This document shows positions 20,084-29,998 of a DNA stretch of 64,000 nucleotides, one piece after another. The stretch comes from Smithellaceae bacterium. GTDB lineage: Bacteria > Desulfobacterota > Syntrophia > Syntrophales > Smithellaceae. Under the pieces are notes generated by a model. The model saw only the letters and a list, made by a program, of their open reading frames with translations, did not search any database and was not told where the DNA came from. The translations under genes and the position numbers were made by a program. Each line of letters opens with the position of its first letter. The stretch's first letter is position 1. The DNA lies in contig CAXXVL010000002.1 in the NCBI GenBank assembly GCA_963667845.2, forward strand, positions 2,528,001-2,592,000. The letters run 5' to 3'.

Positions 20084-20401
20084 TTAGAAAGAGAACGGCG
20101 GCGCTTTATTGCGATAAATTCTAACGATGTGTGAATCAATGAAGGCGGTCTTTCGATCAGGCACAATGCCGGATAGACCGAGGATGATCGCAGTCAACGA
20201 AAGGAGAAGAGCTGCAACGGCCGGGGCGGTGTCAATTTTTGTTTTGCTGAACGTCCCGGAAAGAGATGTTTTAACTTTGCAGATGGAACAGGCGGGCCGG
20301 AAGATCGTATTGTCATGATGATGAAAAGACAAGGCCACGACGCCAAGAAAGAAACCGAGGAGCGAAAGAAAAATAACCGTTGTGATGCGAGTGTGCTGCA
20401 T
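20084..20401 (-). CDS. Small DUF2946-like protein (signal/TM, His-rich, CxxC, C-terminal xAPP)
   Basis: N-terminal hydrophobic helix, FHHHD..CSIC, ends RNKAPPFSF. Confidence 0.6.
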   Translation of the reverse strand: MQHTRITTVIFLSLLGFFLGVVALSFHHHDNTIFRPACSICKVKTSLSGTFSKTKIDTAPAVAALLLSLTAIILGLSGIVPDRKTAFIDSHIVRIYRNKAPPFSF

Positions 20402-20555
20402 GAGTGCATTGCGCCTTTTTACGAATACGGGCTTCCCTAGCACTTGTCCCGAAGGAATGTCAAGGAGGATATTAAGATGTTGACGATGGACAGACTCCGT
20501 CCGCTTGGTCATGATACTCCCTGCATTTCGCGAGCTTTGGGAGTGTCGTCTGGGC

Positions 20556-21158
20556 TTAAACATATCGACGAACCTGCGTCATATATTCACAGTAGCTGGC
20601 GCCGTACTTTTTGCTCAAAAATGCTTCTTCCTGACGAATCTGGACATGAAAGCCGAAAGCCATAGATACAAAGGACAAAAGGAAAAAAACGTTACTGAAG
20701 ACGAAACATGTACCTAAAAAATAGAGGTTCATGGACAGGAATATCGGGTTTCTGGAAACAGAAAAAACGCCCGTCGTGATCAATCCGCCGGGTGAAACCG
20801 TATCAATGCCCACGCGCCACGAAGATTTGAAAGAGATCAGGGCAAGACTGAAAACAAGAAGGCTCATCAATATGAGCGCCGCGCCGGCAAAGCCGAGGGC
20901 CTGATTCTTAAACAAAGGGTTAACCAGTGACTCAGGCAGGAACTGAAGATTGAGGTGCAGCGAATGAATTGCGATCTCCAGCAGCCACAGAGGGAAGAAT
21001 ATCAGGAAACTTTTTTCCAGAAGAGCAGAGACGCCTTTTTTCCCGCTGCCCAGCCGGAAGACGACCGTTTTTTTTCGCGCAAGCGAGATGGATCGTCCAA
21101 AAAATATTGAAAGAAAAATGATCAGCGTGATGATTTGAAAATAATCAAAATAGGACAT
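20556..21158 (-). CDS. Isoprenylcysteine carboxyl methyltransferase (ICMT/PEMT) family membrane protein
   Basis: SWRVGID, LITTGVFSVSRNPIFL, EEAFL..YG..Y..Y..QVRRY. Confidence 0.88.
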   Translation of the reverse strand: MSYFDYFQIITLIIFLSIFFGRSISLARKKTVVFRLGSGKKGVSALLEKSFLIFFPLWLLEIAIHSLHLNLQFLPESLVNPLFKNQALGFAGAALILMSLLVFSLALISFKSSWRVGIDTVSPGGLITTGVFSVSRNPIFLSMNLYFLGTCFVFSNVFFLLSFVSMAFGFHVQIRQEEAFLSKKYGASYCEYMTQVRRYV

Positions 21159-21174
21159 AAGTCCTCCTGTTATT

Positions 21175-21194
21175 TAGTTAGTATAAACTAACTA
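21175..21194. promoter_or_regulatory. Palindromic operator upstream of ICMT gene (probable MarR site)
   Basis: TAGTTAGT-ATAA-ACTAACTA perfect inverted repeat. Confidence 0.75.
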
Positions 21195-21208
21195 TGAGAG
21201 CAAAAAAA

Positions 21209-21628
21209 TTACACCTTGGAAACCACTTTATTTAACAGCGCCACCAGCGCCTTGAGATCCTTTTCGTTCAGGTTGCCTTGAAACAGGTCGGCAATTTTTT
21301 GATGGGTTTCGTCATGCAATTCGACGAGTTTTTTCCCCTTGGCGCTGAGATGAACATGAAAAGAGCGTCGATCCTCATCCGATTGACACTTCTGAATGTA
21401 ACCTTTGGCGGCAAGTTTTTCGACGATCGCCGTGACCGACGGCTTGCTTAGCTTCAAGGCTTTGGCAATTTCTCCCAGATTGGGATTGCCGAGTGTGTTG
21501 ATGATGTCGATATACTCAATCTGACGAATCGTGAAACCTTCGGCGGTGTATTGCTGCACAAACTGCATTTCCCAATCACCAATCAGCTTAGTGAGCAGTT
21601 CGATCAATTCTACCAGCGTATACGCCAT
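21209..21628 (-). CDS. MarR family transcriptional regulator
   Basis: LGEIAKALKLSKPSVTAIVEKL..KGYI...DRRS..V.LS.KG winged HTH. Confidence 0.92.
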   Translation of the reverse strand: MAYTLVELIELLTKLIGDWEMQFVQQYTAEGFTIRQIEYIDIINTLGNPNLGEIAKALKLSKPSVTAIVEKLAAKGYIQKCQSDEDRRSFHVHLSAKGKKLVELHDETHQKIADLFQGNLNEKDLKALVALLNKVVSKV

Positions 21629-21644
21629 AATGCCTCTCGTTACT

Positions 21645-21664
21645 TAGTTAGTGTAAACTAAATA
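21645..21664. promoter_or_regulatory. Second copy of the operator, upstream of marR-like gene
   Basis: TAGTTAGTGTAAACTAAATA (18/20 to first copy); TTGACA on minus strand at 21682-21687. Confidence 0.75.
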
Positions 21665-21762
21665 TATAAGAAGCGTTATTTTGTCAATACTTTTTTTCGT
21701 CGAGAGCAAAAAAAGAAGTGAACGTATATCGCCCTGGCCCATCCGCCGCGAGATCGCGAAGA

Positions 21763-21864
21763 TAAATCGACCACCTCGCGGCAAGCCGTCGAGGTATGAA
21801 ATGAACGCATTGTTACGCAGCAAGCCGCGCAGAATTAACGCTCGTCACGCGTGAGCGGGATTAA
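21763..21864 (-). repeat. Repeat family A, copy 3 (long form, reverse)
   Basis: Reverse complement of copies 1 and 4. Confidence 0.88.
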
Positions 21865-21955
21865 AGAAAAATATTGATGTCCATTTCGGGCCGGAGCATG
21901 TAAAAAGGGGAGGGAGAATAATCATGAGACATTTTGACGCAAAGATGATGAAACC

Positions 21956-23005
21956 ATGAAACCGGAGCAAATTGCAGAAATCCTTATTATCGCCTCGAGA
22001 GCCTTTGATGCCGCAATGCGCAGGCTCAATCCGATCGCCCTCGCTGAAATCAGAAAGAGCCTGCTTGTTCACCTTGACCCGCTCCAGGAGGCACGGCGCT
22101 TTATGAGCGATGACGGATTAGACGGCGGGGATCAGAAAGTGCGGGCCGGACTCTTGCTCGCCTGCGATTTCCTGCAACACGCCATCCGGAATTTTGCCGA
22201 TGAAGAAGATCTTCAGGCCGCTTACATCTCGGCTCTGCGGGCGGCGCGTAAACACTGCCGAGCGCTTTCGGCGCTCTATCCCCTGTGCGGCACATTTCCG
22301 GAAGTGGACCGGTACTTCCTGGAACCGGGAGTGGACGCCCCCCTGCCTCCTCCGGACAAATCGTATGAAGGTGAAACCGGCATGACCCATGTCGGCTTAT
22401 CCGGGCATCCACATGAACGGGGAGGTTATTCCCTCTACATTCCGGAAAACTATACGCCGGATCATACCTGGCCGTTGGTGGTGGCCCTGCACGGCGGATA
22501 CAGCCACGGGCGGGATTTTGTCTGGACGTGGCTTGCCGAGGCCCGGAGCCGCGGCTTTGTCGTTTTCGCTCCGACGTCGCAGGCCATGACCTGGTCGATT
22601 GCCAATGTTGATTTCGATGGAGAACTCTTAAGCCGTCATTTGGAGCAGCTCTGCTCGCGTGTCCATATTGACCGGTCCCGCATTCTTCTCACCGGGATGT
22701 CCGATGGCGGAACGTTTGCCCTTGCCCTGGGATTATCCGGGAGTTGTGCTTATCCGGCCATTGCCCCGGTGTCCTCTGCGCTTCCCCCCGTGGATTTGCA
22801 CTGCGTGAAAGGAAAACGCATTTTGTGGGTGCATGGAGCACAGGACTGGATCTTCCCTGCAAAAAGAACGGTTCAGTCCTGCCGGTATCTTCTGCAAGCG
22901 GGAGCGGACATTAAACTGGAAATGATCGAGGATCTCTCGCATGCCTATCCGCGCGAAGCCAACGCTGTCATTCTGGATTGGTTCGGAATCAGCCCTATCC
23001 GGTAG
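21956..23005 (+). CDS. Phospholipase/carboxylesterase-type alpha/beta hydrolase with N-terminal helical extension
   Basis: PLVVALHGG, GMSDGG nucleophile elbow, HGAQD, SHAYP. Confidence 0.82.
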   Translation: MKPEQIAEILIIASRAFDAAMRRLNPIALAEIRKSLLVHLDPLQEARRFMSDDGLDGGDQKVRAGLLLACDFLQHAIRNFADEEDLQAAYISALRAARKHCRALSALYPLCGTFPEVDRYFLEPGVDAPLPPPDKSYEGETGMTHVGLSGHPHERGGYSLYIPENYTPDHTWPLVVALHGGYSHGRDFVWTWLAEARSRGFVVFAPTSQAMTWSIANVDFDGELLSRHLEQLCSRVHIDRSRILLTGMSDGGTFALALGLSGSCAYPAIAPVSSALPPVDLHCVKGKRILWVHGAQDWIFPAKRTVQSCRYLLQAGADIKLEMIEDLSHAYPREANAVILDWFGISPIR

Positions 23006-23035
23006 CGGGGACACAGGGGAAGAAAAGTCTTAAAA

Positions 23036-23257
23036 ATGAAGGCTTGTGATCACAAGACGATCCAGGATCTCAGTGTCAGCGAATACGTGCCACCGGAACA
23101 GCAGAAGATATCCTATAATATACCTCCCTATTACTGGTTTAAGGGGACTTCCCTCTATGGTCCGACATTCAGAATACCCGCACCCGCAGAAAAGATTCTG
23201 CTCTGGATGGATCCGAAATTAGATCGCTGCAAGGGAAAGAACGGATGGGGAGAGTGA
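23036..23257 (+). pseudogene. C-terminal fragment of an ABC substrate-binding protein, paralog of 6199..7692
   Basis: MKACDHKTIQ...IPPYYWF...MDPKLDRCKGKNGWGE aligns to the last ~70 aa of the 497-aa protein. Confidence 0.85.
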
Positions 23258-23320
23258 ATAATAATCGCACATTAATTTAATTCTGTGCCGATGAACAAAT
23301 GATCCCTCTTATCGCTCAGG

Positions 23321-24673
23321 TGTTGAGTGCCAAGACATCGTGGACACTTTTTAGTGCCAGGACATCGAGGACACTCAAGGTTAATTAACGCAATTTGTAT
23401 TTAAATTCCTCGACCTGGATTTTATCCAGGAAGATTTTTAACTTTTGCTCTTTGACATTAATCGTAGCTATTACATACTCATATTTTAGCTCCGGCGGTA
23501 CGGGGAAAGTCTCGCCAAAAACGTCTAGTTTAAAGTCGCTATGGATGAGACGTACCACATGATACCTGCCTGTTTCCGGTTTCTTTAAAGGGTGCCTTGG
23601 CGCGTCAGATTCTTTCGGGAAACGAAGTTCGCTTTGGCGTCAGCCAAGGTTTGCACTGGCGTTCTACCTTTGAGCTTACTAAAGCGATATTTGTTGTTGT
23701 GGCGCTGCTCAAAGGCCATAGAACCCGCATGGAGCTCTTCTTCCGAGGTCATGATGCTCTTTTGAAGAAACATCTTCTGGTAGCGGTCATTAAATTTTTC
23801 AATCATACCGTTTCGCCAAGGCTCGGCCATCGGGATAAACCAGGGTTCAATACCATGATGCAGGCACAACCGGATAAGAGGCCCCATGCCACGGGGATGT
23901 CTCCGACTGCCAAAGAAGCTCATGGCATTATCAATCTGTAAATTGTTTGGTATTCCCAGGCGCTTCCAGATGGTCCAAAAGCCGTCAATCATGGGTTGAC
24001 TGGATTTGGACGGGGCAGGATATAAACCGCAGCGAACCGTTGCCGTATCGATTACATTGAGGCTATAGAACCGCACAGGACCTTTCAGATAGCATGGTCC
24101 TACCAGATCGGCCTGATGTGTCTGGTTTACCCGCACAGACGGCAGAGCTGGATAGGCGGTACCCTTCGCTTCGTATTTGCCTGTTCGCCGGTGCGTCAGG
24201 CTATGCCGGCTCAGTATCCGATTAATGGTTCTGATAGAAGGTAAAGGTATTATCCCCATATCTTCCATCTCCCATTGAATGGCCTGTGCCCCGCAGAACA
24301 AGTCTTGATTGTAAAGGTTGAGGCGGATCAACTTAATGATCTCAACTATTTCTCCGGATATGATATTGGCAGTACCTTTGGGGCGACTGGATCGGCTTTC
24401 GCTCCATGACGCGTCCTGCTCGTTATAACGCGAAACCCATTTGTACAACCAGGATCTTGACTTATGAAGGGATGCACAGATGGCTTCAGGGCTTTCTCCG
24501 TTATTAAATCGCTCAACAGCCAGTATCCTTCGCTGTATATTGTTTTCTTTCATGAACACCTCCACTTTGCTTTAGATGTTCATGAAATTGCGTAATAGCT
24601 ATTCGATTGTCAAAGAACTTTGTCCACGATGTCTTGGCACAGATTTCTGTCCTCGATGTCCTGGCACTCAACA
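23321..24673 (-). mobile_element. IS481-family insertion sequence (1353 bp)
   Basis: Ends TGTTGAGTGCCA.GACATCG / CGATGTC.TGGCACTCAACA, two binding-site repeats per end, 6-bp direct repeat CTCAGG at 23315-23320 and 24674-24679. Confidence 0.93.
23385..24553 (-). pseudogene. IS481-family DDE transposase, frameshifted near 23630
   Basis: HTH, QADLVG, QIDNA, NGMIEKFN; after ~23630 another frame continues ELRFPKES...FKYKLR-stop at 23385. Confidence 0.85.
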
Positions 24674-24905
24674 CTCAGGTAAAAGGGATCATTTATTTTT
24701 CCATTCTTTGCCCTGATAAGGACATTGCTATTTCTTGCGGATCGTTAGAACGCATATCCGCAAAGATCCCGGCCACTGTCTTTCAGAAAAAAGTCACTGT
24801 AAAAGAAAATTCATTTTTTTTAAACGGCAAATGACATTTTAAGAAGGCAGGTCCATAATTAACAATAGACCTTTTTCCAATTCTGGATGGCAGGCAGAAC
24901 GTAAA

Positions 24906-26036
24906 TCATAAGGGTTTGCCGAAAAGCAGCTTCAGCATGTTGACAATCATCTTTTTTCGGCCCGATCTTTCCGCGAGGATGCTCAGATACAGCATCTCCG
25001 TGTTCATCGGCGGTACGGTGAGTTTGTCTTTCCTGACCAGTCGGGCGGCTCGCGGTTTGCATGTTGTGACGCATAGACCGCAGCCGATGCACCGGTCCAA
25101 ATCCACGCGGAAGATTCTGTCGTCTTGAATCATCGCATCCATCTGACAGCGCTTCAAACACAAACCGCAGCCGGTGCAGGATGCCGGGTCGATCGCGGCA
25201 AAATAGTTTGTCGCGAAAAAACGGGCGGGCCTGGGCTCTTTCTTTGCAGTCGTCAAAACGCCGCAGCAACAGCCGCAGCAGATGCAGATACAGTCGGGTT
25301 TTTTCGAGTTTCCGGGTTGCAGGACCATTCCCTTTTTTTCAGCCATGTCCAGGAGGGCGAGGCACTCCTCTTTGGAGATCTGCCGGGCACGGCCGCGGGC
25401 CGCGTAGCCGGTTTCGCCGATGAGCACGCAGACTTCATAATTGTCGGTCTGTAGGCAGGGCTTGCCTATGAGGGCTTCTCCCTGCTTGCAGACGCAGTTA
25501 GTCACGGACAAAATCTCTGTGGTGTGCGTGATGAAATGCCGCATGTTGTCGTAGGTGTCGACAATGTAATCCGGTAAAATTGCCTTCAGGTGGGGACTGG
25601 TGCGCAGCTGGGGCAGGGACGACGCGAAGAATTCAGCGCCGAAAGCCTCATCGAAGTAGCGATGCATCATTTCCACGAGTTCCGGGGTGAGATCATCGAC
25701 GTGATATTCAAACATGCCGATTGCCAGCATGGCCACGCCGTAACGGGGCGACGGGGCAGCCTCCGACCGGCGGATGACGCCTTTCATAAACATGCCGTCG
25801 AGCAGCGCGGTCATTTCCTGACGGGAAAATTCAATCCTGAATTTGTTTTTGAGTCTTTTGCGGATGGCATCAACGCCTATCGACCGGAGTGAAAGACACA
25901 GAGCAATTGTGGCCTCGCGAGGCGTGAAGAAATACTTCAGGATATCAATCTCCACGCCGCTTTTCGTCGCGGGGTATCCGATCGGATAACGGTCTAATTG
26001 AACCTGAAGCTGTCTGTAAATTTGATCGTCTGCCAT
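24906..26036 (-). CDS. 4Fe-4S dicluster domain protein
   Basis: CVCK, ICICCGCCCG, CTGCGLCLKRC, CIGCGLCVTTC. Confidence 0.88.
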   Translation of the reverse strand: MADDQIYRQLQVQLDRYPIGYPATKSGVEIDILKYFFTPREATIALCLSLRSIGVDAIRKRLKNKFRIEFSRQEMTALLDGMFMKGVIRRSEAAPSPRYGVAMLAIGMFEYHVDDLTPELVEMMHRYFDEAFGAEFFASSLPQLRTSPHLKAILPDYIVDTYDNMRHFITHTTEILSVTNCVCKQGEALIGKPCLQTDNYEVCVLIGETGYAARGRARQISKEECLALLDMAEKKGMVLQPGNSKKPDCICICCGCCCGVLTTAKKEPRPARFFATNYFAAIDPASCTGCGLCLKRCQMDAMIQDDRIFRVDLDRCIGCGLCVTTCKPRAARLVRKDKLTVPPMNTEMLYLSILAERSGRKKMIVNMLKLLFGKPL

Positions 26037-26246
26037 TCGTGATGATTCTCCCCGCGGCCGGATAAAATCCAATACCATTCATGATCGGCATTACGATTAT
26101 CGGAAAGCAAGCCGCTTGTCCATCGTCAATTTGATCTGCGTTTCAGTCATTGACGGCCGGAGGACGTGGGCGCGTAGGAAAATATGCAGGAAGGGTCCCG
26201 GCTGATCATGAGGCGCTGAGACAGGTCGTATCCGATCCGATCACGT

Positions 26247-26415
26247 GCAGCCGTCAATAATCCAAGTAGCCCCTGACGAACAAGTCAGGAGCTTTGCCAT
26301 TCCGTCAAGGGATTTTTCCGAAGAGGCGGGGGAACTGGCGCCGACGCTCAAGCTCCGCCGCCGTGAAAGCGTCAAACGTTGCAGCGATCATATGGATGAC
26401 TTTTACAGCAAATAA
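26247..26415 (+). pseudogene. C-terminal remnant of a long-chain acyl-CoA synthetase (not in ORF track)
   Basis: EQVRSFAIPSRDFSEEAGELAPTLKLRRRESVKRCSDHMDDFYSK-stop resembles the GELTPTLKLRR tail of this family. Confidence 0.7.
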
Positions 26416-26469
26416 AAACGACGTGCCGGCGATCGGATAAGCCGGCACGCCGTCTTTGGGGAAATATTT

Positions 26470-27108
26470 TTATTTTGCAGCATTATCAGGAGCGATCTTC
26501 CTGCCGAATTTTTCGATTTCATTTCCGGCGTCTTTCAGTCCCCGGCTGACGTCATCGGCGACGACGCGTCCTTTCTTCTTAAGTTTCTGGGACAGCTCTT
26601 CAGACTTTGCCAAAACGTCGTTGGTCCCTTTTTCAACTTTCTGCCCGGCCCAGGCGAAACTCTTTTCCAGATTCTTGCCTGCGGATTCCAGCGCCGCGCC
26701 GGTCTTGGCTGACTGCTTTTTGGCCCACGATTCCGTTGATTTGATGTGGTCATTTGTAGCCAGCGCGAGATAAGCGCGCGCAAAAGCATCTTCCATTTTC
26801 TTCTCGGAGGTCACGGCGCCCTTTTTCGTGTCGTCGGCTAATTGATCCAGTTCTTTGGCCGATGCCGCCAAGCCTTCTTTCCCCTTGGCTGTGGCCTTGT
26901 CCGCTTCCGTCTTCATGTACGCCGCGCCTTTTTTAATCTGCTTTGCAGCGGCATCGTAGTTCTTTTGCAGATACTCCTTTTTGGCCTTCTGAAACGTCTG
27001 CTCGATGGACGAGGATGTTTCCGAATCCGCAATGGCTGCCAAGGGGAGAACTCCCGCAAAGAGCAGCGCAAAAATGATGACGACGAGAATACGCTGTAAA
27101 TGTTGCAT
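26470..27108 (-). CDS. Secreted helical hypothetical protein
   Basis: Signal peptide ending AAIA; Ala/Lys-rich helices; AGGAG RBS. Confidence 0.72.
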   Translation of the reverse strand: MQHLQRILVVIIFALLFAGVLPLAAIADSETSSSIEQTFQKAKKEYLQKNYDAAAKQIKKGAAYMKTEADKATAKGKEGLAASAKELDQLADDTKKGAVTSEKKMEDAFARAYLALATNDHIKSTESWAKKQSAKTGAALESAGKNLEKSFAWAGQKVEKGTNDVLAKSEELSQKLKKKGRVVADDVSRGLKDAGNEIEKFGRKIAPDNAAK

Positions 27109-27296
27109 AATGAATCTCCTTTCCTGATATTCAAGATTTATAATAATCTGTCTATTGTGCGCAGGTTTGTCAACGTTGCTTCTTTTCCCTCGTTTTCAAA
27201 TCGTAGGATTATTGATCAAGATGTGTTATAGCCAGTGCGCCGATTTATCTCGCGAACTGTTTGTGGCTATATTTGCAGCTGAGGTTGAGGTCTTCT

Positions 27297-27593
27297 ATGC
27301 AGGAAATTCTGGTTGTTGCGGCAATTGCTTTGGCGATATTCTTTCTTCCCCGTCTTTTGGGCAGGAAACCCGCTCCCGAATACCTGCGCCCGGACCCCGG
27401 CTTGGCGCCGCCTCTGACGGGGCGGATCCGTCTTGCCATCCTGATCACGGTTTTATGGGTCGCCGGTTTGGCTGCTTTATTGAAACCCTGGGAAGGAAAT
27501 AAATTTCTTTTTATTTGCCTGACTTTGGGACCCATCCTCCTGATTTGGGGCGGCGTATGGGTCTGGTTCGGTTTCAAGAAATACAGACGTTAA
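27297..27593 (+). CDS. Small membrane protein, three hydrophobic segments
   Basis: MQEILVVAAIALAIFFLP...WVWFGFKKYRR; GAGG RBS. Confidence 0.65.
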   Translation: MQEILVVAAIALAIFFLPRLLGRKPAPEYLRPDPGLAPPLTGRIRLAILITVLWVAGLAALLKPWEGNKFLFICLTLGPILLIWGGVWVWFGFKKYRR

Positions 27594-27876
27594 ATACTTC
27601 GTTTTTCCGCTTCAGCAAGTCAGGCACCCTCAGGTGTTTCAATCAGGGCAGCAGAAATTAAAGCTCTTCGGGGCGGCCTTTGCCGGTTTTGCCCGGCTGC
27701 ATGATGCGCCGTCGATTCATAACCGCGTGCAGTACATTAATTGGCGTCTGCAATTTCCATCACGTCTTCGGTGTAACTCGGTTTGATTTACATTAATAGG
27801 CAATAGACCGGTGCTTCAAACATTCATGCTTTGCCTGAATTATTTCTCATCCATCTCTTTGGCCAAGCGGGCTTCA

Positions 27877-27935
27877 AAAAATCGTGACCGCGGGTCACGA
27901 TTTTTGTTGACTTATGATCTTCTTCCCCTTAAGAT
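27877..27935 (+). promoter_or_regulatory. 13-bp inverted repeat abutting a sigma70-like promoter
   Basis: AAAAATCGTGACC-gcg-GGTCACGATTTTT then TTGACT-17-TAAGAT. Confidence 0.55.
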
Positions 27936-28182
27936 ATCAAACAGCGGGAAACTTGCTTTGGAATGAGCACCATCAAGATCTTGGATAAGCCGTGGTGCTT
28001 ATTCCCAAACAAGTCGCCCGAAGCTTCTTGTGCAGGTTATGTTTTAGGTTTCATGAATTACCAGGCAGTTGATGGTTGGAATATATTTCTTGGTCATTTG
28101 TGTCAGCTACAAGCTTCGATAAGCCATAATTTCAGCATAGTGAATGTTTTTCGGACGACTTATTAAAAATAAGGAGAAGAAT

Positions 28183-29832
28183 ATGTCCGAAAAAACTTAT
28201 CTTGGCGGAGAGAGCTATGCGTATCCATTAATCATCAAGAAACTTCTGAATACCCCCCTGATTTATGCACCGGATCAGGAGATCGTCTACCGCGATGAAT
28301 CACGATACACGTATCGAACATTAAATGAACGTATCGGGCGGTTGGCCAACGCGCTTACGAAAACAGGTGTCGGCAGTGGGGACACGGTGGCCGTGTTTGA
28401 TTATGACAGTCACCGTTACCTGGAATGCTTCTTTGCGATTCCCATGATGGGAGCGGTCTTGCAGATGGTTAACTGGAGATTATCCGCCGACCAGATCGTT
28501 TATACCGTCAATCATGCGAAAGCAAAAGTGATCATCATCAATGCCGATTTTCTTCCCATCCTCGAGGAAATCCACGGTCAGCTCGAAACGGTCCAAACGA
28601 TTATTATGATTTCCAAAGACGGTGTGATGCATGAGACGCCTTTTGCAGTGTCCGGAGATTATGAAAATCTGCTCGCTCATGCAGCTGCATCCTATGATTT
28701 CCCTGATCTTGATGAAAATACCAGAGCCACAACTTTTTACACGACCGGGACGACCGGTTTGCCAAAAGGCGTGTATTATTCGCACCGCCAACTGATGCTC
28801 CATACACTTTCAAGCGCCGTAGCACTGGGGTCTTATCATACGATCGGTCGCTTCCGTTCAGAGGATGTTTACATGCCGATTACACCGATGTTTCACGTTC
28901 ACGCCTGGGGACTGCCTTACGTGGCGACACTGCTTGGCGCCAAACAGGTCTATCCGGGAAAGTACGAACCGGAAATGCTTTTGAAACTTGTGGATCAGGA
29001 AAAAGTTACTTTCTCGCACTGCGTTCCAACAGTGCTGCAAATGATCATTACCAGCCCGAAGGCTCAAAAAATCGATCTTTCGAACTGGAAGGTCATCGTC
29101 GGCGGATCGCGGCTTACCAGGGGCCTGGCCAAAGCGGCCCGGGACGCCGGTATTACGGTATTTACCGGATACGGAATGTCGGAGACCTGTCCGATCATCA
29201 GTCTCGGCGTGCCCAAACCGGATGGGCATCAAATCGGGGAAGATGACATGCTCGATATTGTCACTCGAACGGGCCTTCCTATTCCACTGGCTGAGATCCA
29301 GGTGGTGGACGCCGATAATCGGCCTCTGCCACATGATGGGGTTTCTTCAGGAGAAGTTGTGCTGCGGTCGCCCTGGCTCACCGAGAGCTATGTCGATGCT
29401 CCGGATAAAACCGAAGATCTCTGGCAGGAGGGATGGCTGCACACCGGAGATGTCGGTCACGTGGAAGACGGCTATTTACAGATTACCGATCGGATCAAGG
29501 ATGTGATCAAAAGCGGCGGCGAATGGGTGTCGTCTTTGGATCTGGAAAACATGATCGGCCAGCATGAAGCCGTTCTGGAATCGGCGGCAATCGGGATTCC
29601 GGACGAGAAATGGGGAGAGAGGCCTCTCATTTTTGTGGTCTTAAAGCCCGGTTACGAACGGCAAGTCGGTTCTGCCGAATTCAAGGTGCACATGCAGGGC
29701 TTCGCCGGTCAGGGACAGCTGCCCAAATACGGCGTTCCCGATCGGTACGAGATCGTTGATCAGATCGCCAAAACGAGCATCGGAAAAACCAATAAGAAAT
29801 GGTTAAGGGAACAATACATGAAAACACGATAG
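28183..29832 (+). CDS. Fatty-acid--CoA ligase (medium/long-chain, DmdB/AlkK-like)
   Basis: YTTGTTGLPKG, PMFHVHAWG, GYGMSET, DRIKDVIKSGGEWVSS; AAGGAG RBS before ATG 28183. Confidence 0.92.
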   Translation: MSEKTYLGGESYAYPLIIKKLLNTPLIYAPDQEIVYRDESRYTYRTLNERIGRLANALTKTGVGSGDTVAVFDYDSHRYLECFFAIPMMGAVLQMVNWRLSADQIVYTVNHAKAKVIIINADFLPILEEIHGQLETVQTIIMISKDGVMHETPFAVSGDYENLLAHAAASYDFPDLDENTRATTFYTTGTTGLPKGVYYSHRQLMLHTLSSAVALGSYHTIGRFRSEDVYMPITPMFHVHAWGLPYVATLLGAKQVYPGKYEPEMLLKLVDQEKVTFSHCVPTVLQMIITSPKAQKIDLSNWKVIVGGSRLTRGLAKAARDAGITVFTGYGMSETCPIISLGVPKPDGHQIGEDDMLDIVTRTGLPIPLAEIQVVDADNRPLPHDGVSSGEVVLRSPWLTESYVDAPDKTEDLWQEGWLHTGDVGHVEDGYLQITDRIKDVIKSGGEWVSSLDLENMIGQHEAVLESAAIGIPDEKWGERPLIFVVLKPGYERQVGSAEFKVHMQGFAGQGQLPKYGVPDRYEIVDQIAKTSIGKTNKKWLREQYMKTR

Positions 29833-29852
29833 AACGTTAAGAACCCACTCTG

Positions 29853-29903
29853 ATCGGACGTTCATGGCGGCGCTCTCCGTGTCATGAGCGTCCGATTTTT
29901 TTT
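29853..29903 (+). terminator. Rho-independent terminator
   Basis: ATCGGACGTTCATG...CATGAGCGTCCGAT followed by a T run. Confidence 0.75.
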
Positions 29904-29998
29904 ATCGGGCAAGTGTTCATTGACACAGTGTTGTTCTTCTTGTACGTTGCCGGCACTATAGCCCGGCAGGAAATAAATGCCGGGGAAAGGAGCCTTCA

